Made by a program: the position numbers and the translations under genes | Source of the DNA: an uncultured Dehalococcoidia bacterium | GTDB lineage: Bacteria; Chloroflexota; Dehalococcoidia; Bin125 | Length of the DNA: 64,000 bases | Direction of reading: 5' to 3' | Assembly (NCBI GenBank): GCA_958295515.1 | Contig: CATQGW010000001.1 | Location: 580,923 to 644,922, forward strand | Shown: positions 57,287-64,000 of the stretch, piece after piece | How positions within the stretch are numbered: position 1 is the first letter of the stretch | How the letters are laid out: each line of letters starts with the position of its first letter | The notes under the pieces: model-generated | The model's input: only the letters and a program-made list of their open reading frames with translations | The model's database searches: none | What the model was told of the DNA's origin: nothing

Positions 57287-58111
57287 GTGTCGCAGCTCGA
57301 ACGCTACATCCAGGATCCCGTTGGCGCGCTGCGCGGCCTTTGGGACGACATCGGCTGGCGCACCGTGCTCATCGCCGGCTTCCTGATCTTCTGGCTCGAA
57401 ACCTCCGTGGCGCTGGCCGGATCGTCAGTCATCAACGATTCGGTCGTCTGGTTGGGGATGGAACTCACGCTGGTGCTGATCGTCCGCATCGCTGTCGGGC
57501 GTTCCTACAGCGGCGACCTGCGCGACCCCGCCAACATGACCGTGCTGCTGGCGATCGTCACGCTCGCGATGGCCGAAGTCGCCGCCGCGTTGAGCGGCGG
57601 CGGCGACTGGCTGGCCGCCCAGACCATCTCCTGGCCCTACTCGCTGATCGCGATCTTCTGCCTCGTCGTCTCGCGGCTGCTGGCGCCGGTGATCAGCCAG
57701 CCGGCCAATGTCTTCACCATGCTCTTCATCTTCTTCACGTTCTGGCTGGAAACGGCCGACTGGCTGGCCGGCGCCTCGGTGCCGGCCTCGGCCGGCTACG
57801 TGCGCTGGGCGGTGGCGATGGTCGCGCTCGCGCTGATCGCGCGCGGCATCGTCGGGCGCGGCTTCAGCGGCTCGATCACCAGCCCGCTCAACCTCGCCGC
57901 GTTGTTCACCATCGTCGGCATCCTCTGGGTTGAGATCGGCATGTACTTCGCCGGCGGCGGCGGCGGGTTCGCCGCCAAAGCGCTGGCCTGGCCCTGGCAG
58001 CTGCTGTTCATCGGCACCGCGTTGATCGCTCGTGTCGCCGCCGGATACCTCTCCAGCTACATTGCTGCGCGCAGCCCCAGCGGGGAACCGCAGGATGCCG
58101 CCCGCGCCTGA
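57287..58111 (+). CDS. integral membrane protein with internal duplication
   Basis: GTG at 57287 after GGAGGAG. LWDDIGWRTVLIA… N-terminus. Repeated …(I/V)(A/V)GRG(Y/F)SG…P(A/L)N… segments between TM helix pairs. Confidence 0.55.
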   Translation: MSQLERYIQDPVGALRGLWDDIGWRTVLIAGFLIFWLETSVALAGSSVINDSVVWLGMELTLVLIVRIAVGRSYSGDLRDPANMTVLLAIVTLAMAEVAAALSGGGDWLAAQTISWPYSLIAIFCLVVSRLLAPVISQPANVFTMLFIFFTFWLETADWLAGASVPASAGYVRWAVAMVALALIARGIVGRGFSGSITSPLNLAALFTIVGILWVEIGMYFAGGGGGFAAKALAWPWQLLFIGTALIARVAAGYLSSYIAARSPSGEPQDAARA

Positions 58112-58124
58112 AAGGAGCCGCACG

Positions 58125-58880
58125 ATGACCGACCTCGCCCGCCAGCTGTGGGACGACACGGGCTGGCGCACGATCCTCATTGCCCTGGCGCCGGTGTTCC
58201 TACTCCAGACGGGGATGGAGCTCGGCGGCAATCCCGGCGGGACGGGTCTGCTCTGGACGGCGATGCTGATCACCCTGCTGCTGGTCTGCCGCGCGCTGAC
58301 CTTGCGCCGGCTCAGCGGCGGCCCCACCGACCCCGAAAACCTCTTCCTGTTTCTCTCAATCGGCGGGATCATCCTCACACAGGTGCTCTACGCCTTCACC
58401 AGCGTCGGTGCGACTTTGCTCGACCAGCCGATCTTCTGGCCGTTCACCCTGATCATCTACGGGATCCTGATCGGATCGCGGCTGGCCGCGCCGTACCTGA
58501 CCAACCCCCTCAACGTCTGGATTCTCGTCCTGCTCTTCCCGTACTACTGGATGCTGGTGGTGACCTGGCGGTTCAACGCGACCTTCCCTGAGCCGCCGTT
58601 CGTCTGGAGCGTCGCGCTGGTGGCGTTCGCGATCCTCGCCCGAGCCGTCGCCGGGCGCGGCTTGGGCGGACCGCTGATGAGTCCGCTCAACGTGCTGACC
58701 GGGCTCTTCATCGTGCTGATGCTGTGGGTGGAGTACGCCTTCCAGATCAGCGGCGTAGGCGCGGATCCGTTCGGCGAACAGGAGATGTACTGGCCGTGGT
58801 TCTTGATCATCGCCGGTCTGGCCGTGGGCTGCCGCATCGCAGCCCCGCGCCTCGCCGCGCTGTGCCCGCTCTCGAAGTAG
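58125..58880 (+). CDS. integral membrane protein (tandem paralog of 57287-58111)
   Basis: ATG after AAAGGAG. LWDDTGWRTILIA… N-terminus homologous to the upstream gene. Same internal repeat architecture. Confidence 0.6.
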   Translation: MTDLARQLWDDTGWRTILIALAPVFLLQTGMELGGNPGGTGLLWTAMLITLLLVCRALTLRRLSGGPTDPENLFLFLSIGGIILTQVLYAFTSVGATLLDQPIFWPFTLIIYGILIGSRLAAPYLTNPLNVWILVLLFPYYWMLVVTWRFNATFPEPPFVWSVALVAFAILARAVAGRGLGGPLMSPLNVLTGLFIVLMLWVEYAFQISGVGADPFGEQEMYWPWFLIIAGLAVGCRIAAPRLAALCPLSK

Positions 58881-58885
58881 AGCGG

Positions 58886-59671
58886 CTATTGCCCAACGCC
58901 GAAGAACTCGAACAGCGGCGGGTAGCGGTTGATGTTCGCGCCGCCGTCGATGAAGAGCGTCTGTCCCGTCATCAGCGACGAGGCGTCGCTGGCCAGGTAG
59001 AGCGCCAGCTGGGCGATGTCCTCCGGCTCGCCGATTCGCCCGATTGGGGCTTCGTTGACGAAGGCCTCTTCGAGGCCGGGTACATCGCGCAGGCCCTGCG
59101 TGAGCGGGGTGCTGATCAGACCTGGTCCGATGGCATTGACGCGGATGTCGTGGCGTCCGAGTTCGAGCGCGGCGACTTTGGTGAGCATGGCGACACCGGC
59201 TTTGGCGGAGCAGTAGGCGGAGAGTCCCTCGGTGGCCTGCATTGCGTTGAGGCTGGCGGTGTTGATCAGGCTGCCGCCGCCGCCCTGCGCGATTAACTGC
59301 TTCGCCTCGTGCTTAATGCAGAGGAACACTCCGGTCAGACAGACATCGAGCACGCGGCGGAATGCGTCCAGATCGTAATCCTGGATCGGCGCGAAGCCGC
59401 CGATGCCGGCGTTGTTGAAGGCGATGTCGAGCCGTCCGAAGTGCTGGACGCAGGCATTGACCATCGCCGCCGCGTCGTCCTCGTTGGTCACGTCGCCGCC
59501 GACCGCCGCAGCGCCGGGGCCGATCTCTCGCGCGGCTTCGGCGACGCCGTCGGCGTTGCGGTCGGCCAGGACCACGCTCGCGCCTGCTTCGGCGAAGATC
59601 TGCGCGGCGCGGAGGCCGATGCCCGACGCGCCGCCGGTGACCAGCGCGACTTTGCCGTCGAGAGCAGCCAT
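58886..59671 (-). CDS. SDR family oxidoreductase (paralog of 56382-57176)
   Basis: GKVALVTGGASGIG…NNAGIGG…YCSAKAG. Highly similar to the 56382 gene. Confidence 0.8.
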   Translation of the reverse strand: MAALDGKVALVTGGASGIGLRAAQIFAEAGASVVLADRNADGVAEAAREIGPGAAAVGGDVTNEDDAAAMVNACVQHFGRLDIAFNNAGIGGFAPIQDYDLDAFRRVLDVCLTGVFLCIKHEAKQLIAQGGGGSLINTASLNAMQATEGLSAYCSAKAGVAMLTKVAALELGRHDIRVNAIGPGLISTPLTQGLRDVPGLEEAFVNEAPIGRIGEPEDIAQLALYLASDASSLMTGQTLFIDGGANINRYPPLFEFFGVGQ

Positions 59672-59688
59672 GTGCGTTGCCTTCCCTA

Positions 59689-60678
59689 TCAGCCGCCGCG
59701 CGCGCCGGCGGCGACAGCGGCTCGATTCTCGTGCGTGGTATGCGGCGGGATCGAGCAGCCGCCGGTGACGAAGACGCGGCTCGGGCCGATCGCGGCCGCT
59801 TCGCGCGCCTGCGCGCCGACTTGCTCAGCGCCTAGTTCGCCGAGCCCGGTGCGGCTCACGCCGCCCATCACCGCCTTGTCGGTTTCGGCCCAGACATCGG
59901 CAAGGTTGGCGTTGGTTTCGTGGCGGTCGTCCCAGTTGATCGCGGCGACCGGGTAGTCGAGCAGGTCTGCCAGCATGTTGTTGCTGTGACAGACATGCAG
60001 CACGTTGAAGGGCGCGTCGGAGATCGCGTCCAGCACCTGCATGTCGTAGGGGCGGCCGAACTCGCGGTAGAAGTCGGGGGTGGCGTTGTCGTGGCTGGCC
60101 CACTGCAACGGCGCGTAGAAGACGCCGCTCGCGCCCACGTTCAGGTTTGCGCGGCTGTAGTTGATGATCGTCTCAGTGATCCGGCCGATCGCGCCGTGTA
60201 CCGCGGCCGGCGCTTCCGCCGCGGCCTGCTTGAGCGCGCGCGGGTGGCCGAACATCAAGCCCAGCACCGACATCGGCGAAAAGACGGTCTGGATCACGTC
60301 TACTTCTCCGCCGGTTCCCTCAACGACCAGCCGCGTGGACTCGACATGCTCGCCCAGCACGCCGCGCTCGGCATGCACCGAGGCCACATCGGCCAGCTGG
60401 TCGAGCGTCTCCAGCGCCGCCGTGACCAGCGTCTGGTTGGTCTGCTCCGTGGGCGGTTCGTAGACCGCGCCCCAGGCTTCGGGGAACATCGACCAGCGCG
60501 GGTTGATCTTGATGAAGTCCCAGTCGTAGCGCTCGTACTGCTCGAGCGTCTCGCCGACCAGCTCGTCGTTGCCCCACTCGCGCAGGAAGTTGTGGCCCCA
60601 GAGGGAGGCGGGCGCGCGGTCCACCGGCTCGCCGCTCGCCGCCGCGGCGACGCGCTCGCGCTTGCTCATCGTGGTCAT
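59689..60678 (-). CDS. uroporphyrinogen decarboxylase (URO-D) family protein
   Basis: URO-D/methyltransferase-MtaA-like TIM barrel pattern (…DFIKINPRW…, …VIQTVFSPMSVL…, …GGCSIPPHT…). Confidence 0.65.
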   Translation of the reverse strand: MTTMSKRERVAAAASGEPVDRAPASLWGHNFLREWGNDELVGETLEQYERYDWDFIKINPRWSMFPEAWGAVYEPPTEQTNQTLVTAALETLDQLADVASVHAERGVLGEHVESTRLVVEGTGGEVDVIQTVFSPMSVLGLMFGHPRALKQAAAEAPAAVHGAIGRITETIINYSRANLNVGASGVFYAPLQWASHDNATPDFYREFGRPYDMQVLDAISDAPFNVLHVCHSNNMLADLLDYPVAAINWDDRHETNANLADVWAETDKAVMGGVSRTGLGELGAEQVGAQAREAAAIGPSRVFVTGGCSIPPHTTHENRAAVAAGARGG

Positions 60679-60694
60679 CTCTACGTTCCTTCCG

Positions 60695-62074
60695 CTACTC
60701 GCTCAATTCGGTTGTGCTGCGCCAGTCGAGCGCAAACAGCCGCTGCGGCTCCTCGATGCCGCGCAGCCGATGTTCTCCCCGCTCCTGGAAACGATAACCC
60801 CGCCCCTGCACCAGTCCGCGCACCAGGTCCGAGACCAGGATGTCGTGGCCCTCGGCCTGGGCCATAATCCGCGCCGCGCGATTGACTGTCACGCCGTAGA
60901 GATCGTCGGCCTCCTCGATCGGCTCGCCGGCGTTGACGCCGATGCGCACGCGCACATCGCGGCTCTCCGCGGCGAACTCGCGCTCCACCGACTGCTCAAT
61001 CCGAATCGCCGCGTCGAGCGCGCTGGACGCCAGCCGGAACCAGGCCATGAAGCCGTCGCCCATCGTCTTCACCTCAACGCCGCCGTGGGCGCGCAGCGCC
61101 TCGCGCGTCAGCTGCTCCACGCGCCGCACAATTTCCCGCGCCGCCTGGTCGCCCAGTCGGTCCGCCAGGTCCGTCGAACCCTCGATATCCGTGAAGATCA
61201 CCGTGCGCGTGGCCTCGATTGTGCGCGTTCGCTCGCGCCGATCGCCCTGCACGAAGCGATCCACCGTGTCGGCCAGCTCGTCGATCGAGGGCGCGCCCGA
61301 GCGCAGCAGCGAGGCGCCGCTGCGCTGCACCGAGAGCTGCGCCTGCGGGATCGCCTGCGCCCACGCGCGCCCGCCTCCGTGCGCGCCCTCCTCCGGCGTC
61401 ACCGCGATCAGCGTCGGCGTCTGGATGCGCTGCAGGTCGCGCACGAATTCGAGTGAACGCATCTCCGGCATCAGCTGCAGCAGGCGCTCCACGCTCACGT
61501 AGTCGTGCATGCTCTCCGACAGATCGCGCAGCGTGTTCGTATCGAGGTCCGGCGCAATCAAGGTCAGCAGCGCGCGGCGGGCCGGCGCCCGATGGTGCCG
61601 CCAGCCCAGCCGCAGCAGATGGTCGACGACTTCATCCGACAGCTCGTGCTCCTCGCGGTGCTCTTGCGAGTCCGAGCGCGGGCCTGAAGGCGTGGGGCTG
61701 TGCAGGATCAGATGGCTGAAGCGCTCCGGGTCGTTGAGCACGCTGATCACTGCGGCCGGCGTGCCGATGTAGATGCCGAGCAGGGAGACCTGCGGCGCGC
61801 CCAGCGCATTGACCACCGCTTCGAGGTCGCGCGCTTCGTCGTGGAACGAGCCGTGGATGTTGCCGCGGTCCGAAAGCCCGCAGCCGCGCGGATCGAAGCG
61901 CACGACCTGGAAGTGCTCGGCCAGCCGCGACCAGAGCCCGCCCTCGCTCCAGCCCAAGCCGAGCGGCACCATCGGGCCGGTCGAGACGACCAGCGGCGGA
62001 CCGTCGCCCTGCGCGGTGTAGGCGATCGCCACGCCGTCGTCGGAGCGCGCATATCGGATCGGCGGCGCGAGCAT
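60695..62074 (-). CDS. alpha/beta-hydrolase domain fused to class III adenylate/guanylate cyclase domain
   Basis: N-terminal α/β-hydrolase fold. C-terminal …VIFTDIEGSTDLADRLGD…VKTMGDGFMAWF… cyclase catalytic core. Confidence 0.7.
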   Translation of the reverse strand: MLAPPIRYARSDDGVAIAYTAQGDGPPLVVSTGPMVPLGLGWSEGGLWSRLAEHFQVVRFDPRGCGLSDRGNIHGSFHDEARDLEAVVNALGAPQVSLLGIYIGTPAAVISVLNDPERFSHLILHSPTPSGPRSDSQEHREEHELSDEVVDHLLRLGWRHHRAPARRALLTLIAPDLDTNTLRDLSESMHDYVSVERLLQLMPEMRSLEFVRDLQRIQTPTLIAVTPEEGAHGGGRAWAQAIPQAQLSVQRSGASLLRSGAPSIDELADTVDRFVQGDRRERTRTIEATRTVIFTDIEGSTDLADRLGDQAAREIVRRVEQLTREALRAHGGVEVKTMGDGFMAWFRLASSALDAAIRIEQSVEREFAAESRDVRVRIGVNAGEPIEEADDLYGVTVNRAARIMAQAEGHDILVSDLVRGLVQGRGYRFQERGEHRLRGIEEPQRLFALDWRSTTELSE

Positions 62075-62111
62075 GGATGCAGTCTAGGCAAGCCGCCGCC
62101 GCGGCGACCGC

Positions 62112-62861
62112 TCAGAGGCCCTGGGTCATGCCGCCGTCGATGACGAACTCGGCGCCGTTGCAGTATTCGCTGTCGTCGGAGACGAGGAAGAGCGCCAGCT
62201 TGGCGACCTCGACCGCCTCTGCGACGCGGCCATAGGGGATCCGCCGCACGATCTGGCCGAGCTGGCCGGCCTCGACGCCGGGCAGTTGTTGCAGCATCGG
62301 CGTGTCGATCAGGCCGGGGTGGATCGAGTTGACGCGCACGCCGGAGGGTGCGAACTCGGACATCGCCACCTTGGTCATGCCGCGCACGGCCCACTTGCTG
62401 GCGCTGTAGGCGAGCGAACCGGCGCCGCCGCGCGTGCCGGCGATCGAGGAGATGTTGACGATCGCGCCCGAGCCGGCCGCGGCCATCACCGGTCCGACAT
62501 GCTTGAGGCCGAGGAAGACGCCGACCTGGTTGATGTCGATCACCAGCCGGTATTCCTCGAGCGTGGTCTGGGCGATGGGCGTCGAGCGGAAGATGCCGGC
62601 GTTGTTGATGAAGGCGTCGATTTTGCCGTGGTCTTCGAGCACTTCGGCGACGACCGACTGCCACTCGCCCTCCTGCGTCACGTCGTGGTGCAGGTAGGAG
62701 ACGCCGTCGGCGCTCTCGGCGAGGGACTGGCCGTCGTCGTCAAGCACATCGGTGATCACGACGCGCGCGCCCTCGGAAGCGAAGAGCAGCGCCTCGGCCG
62801 CCCCCTGCCCGCGCGCGCCGCCGGTGATCAGCGCCACTTTGCCGTCAAGTCGTCCAGCCAT
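62112..62861 (-). CDS. SDR family oxidoreductase
   Basis: GKVALITGGARGQG, NNAG, YSASKWA (Y-x3-K). Confidence 0.8.
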   Translation of the reverse strand: MAGRLDGKVALITGGARGQGAAEALLFASEGARVVITDVLDDDGQSLAESADGVSYLHHDVTQEGEWQSVVAEVLEDHGKIDAFINNAGIFRSTPIAQTTLEEYRLVIDINQVGVFLGLKHVGPVMAAAGSGAIVNISSIAGTRGGAGSLAYSASKWAVRGMTKVAMSEFAPSGVRVNSIHPGLIDTPMLQQLPGVEAGQLGQIVRRIPYGRVAEAVEVAKLALFLVSDDSEYCNGAEFVIDGGMTQGL

Positions 62862-62987
62862 TTTGCGCTCCGTTCTCAAGCTCAGGTTCAGTGCGCGCAG
62901 GCTAACGGCACGGCCATTTCATTGCGCCTCGCTGGGCGGGTAGGCGGTGTTCAGGTTGGTTGAGGATGATGGTTGGGGCAGCTTGGA

Positions 62988-63425
62988 TTAGCTGTTCGGC
63001 TCTGGGGGGAGCACGACGTAGGTGCCGTTGCCGTGGGCGATGTGGCGGTCTTGGGCGTCGTAGAGGTCGACGGAGCAGTGGCTGAGTGTGCGGCCGCGGC
63101 GGATGACCTGGGCGCGGGCGCGGATGGTGTCGCCTTCGAGACCGCGCAGCCAGCGGAACTCGGATTGGGCGGTGATCACCCGCTCACCCGCAGCCTGGAC
63201 GGTGCCGAGCGCGCCGCCCATCGCCGAGTCGGCGACGAGCAGCCAGACGCCGCCGTGGACGATGCCGTAGAGGTTGTGGGTGCGCTCGGTGGCGGTGAGG
63301 GTGATTTCGCACCAGCCGTCGCCAGCGTCCGTGAAGCGGTAGCCGAGGTCGCCGAAGAGGGCGACGGCCTGCATTTCGCGCTGGGCGGGGTAGCGCTCCA
63401 GGATGTCGTCGTTGGACACGGACAC
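62988..63425 (-). CDS. PaaI-family hotdog-fold thioesterase
   Basis: …NLYGIVHGGVWLLVADSAMG…, typical PaaI/4HBT core. GTG at 63425. Confidence 0.65.
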   Translation of the reverse strand: MSVSNDDILERYPAQREMQAVALFGDLGYRFTDAGDGWCEITLTATERTHNLYGIVHGGVWLLVADSAMGGALGTVQAAGERVITAQSEFRWLRGLEGDTIRARAQVIRRGRTLSHCSVDLYDAQDRHIAHGNGTYVVLPPEPNS

Positions 63426-63430
63426 GGGCG

Positions 63431-63916
63431 CTAGCGCTGCGAGCGCTGGATCGTGCCGCGGTGCTCCTCGAAGTGCTCGCGCATATAGCGGAACGAGTCC
63501 TCTACGGTGCGGTCTTCGCCCAGGTGCCGCGCGCCGTTGGTCCACTCGTCGTCGCCCACCTGCTCAAGCATCGCCAGCGCGGCCTTGTGGCCCTCGTCGT
63601 AGAGGTCGCGCACCGAATCGCGCGTCGCGCCGCGGCTGCGCACGCGTATGAACGTGGCCGCGGCCACATCCAGCACCGGCATCAGGAAGCCCGGCGGGTT
63701 CACGCCCTTGCCTTGCCGCAGCCGGCCGACGCTTTGCGTGATCAGCGTCATGCCCAGCGCCATGTGGTAGCAGAGCTGGCCGTTGCTCCAGGACTGGCCG
63801 CGCGACTTGCGCCGCCAGTCGGCGTCGCTCATGCCCGCGATCAGCTCGTGGTAGTCGCTGCGGGTGGTCTCCAGCAGCGCCTGAATTTCGCTCCGTTTGG
63901 TCGTCTCGGTGGTCAT
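63431..63916 (-). CDS. DinB-family (DinB_2/MDMPI-like) protein
   Basis: 161 aa, four-helix-bundle pattern with conserved His residues (…CYHMALG…, …HFEEH…). Confidence 0.6.
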   Translation of the reverse strand: MTTETTKRSEIQALLETTRSDYHELIAGMSDADWRRKSRGQSWSNGQLCYHMALGMTLITQSVGRLRQGKGVNPPGFLMPVLDVAAATFIRVRSRGATRDSVRDLYDEGHKAALAMLEQVGDDEWTNGARHLGEDRTVEDSFRYMREHFEEHRGTIQRSQR

Positions 63917-64000
63917 CTCGGTCGCCTCCGCGTTCCCCGGTCGGGCGGGTGGGTCGGCTCAGATCGCGGTGTACCAGTCGCGGATCGCCTGCCCGATTTC

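Overview
High-GC (~70%) bacterial chromosomal segment, most consistent with a Chloroflexota/Thermomicrobia-like or actinobacterial genome (split cytochrome b6-type bc complex, CysO-thiocarboxylate cysteine pathway, giant FtsX permeases). It is densely packed with core metabolic genes: ilvD, an amidase, crotonases, CoA-transferases, purF/purM/purQ/purL, folP/folK, lgt, cysH, cysK/cysM with a sulfur-carrier module, a cytochrome bc cluster, many SDR oxidoreductases, and scoAB. Three lower-GC (~55-60%) islets are interleaved with these native genes. (i) 11836-13686: an ABC/OLD-type AAA ATPase plus a PIN-like nuclease. (ii) 18239-21746: a three-gene operon headed by a GHKL (Bergerat-fold) ATPase with a 13-proline linker, followed by two overlapping unknown ORFs; this is the best candidate for an undescribed defence-like system. 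(iii) 24112-26397: a DUF262/DUF1524 GmrSD/SspE-like type IV restriction-type protein. Other notable elements are a MoaD-MoeB fusion plus a CysO-like carrier ending GGDR with a JAMM protease, an MT-A70 methyltransferase embedded in that sulfur-carrier operon, tandem 20-bp repeat arrays between duplicated SDR genes (one copy carrying an in-frame amber stop), two tandem small Cys-containing ORFs with strong RBSs, and a RelE/ParE-like TA pair. No rRNA, tRNA or CRISPR array was recognised. Many long reverse-strand ORFs in the track are GC-driven shadow ORFs and were rejected.
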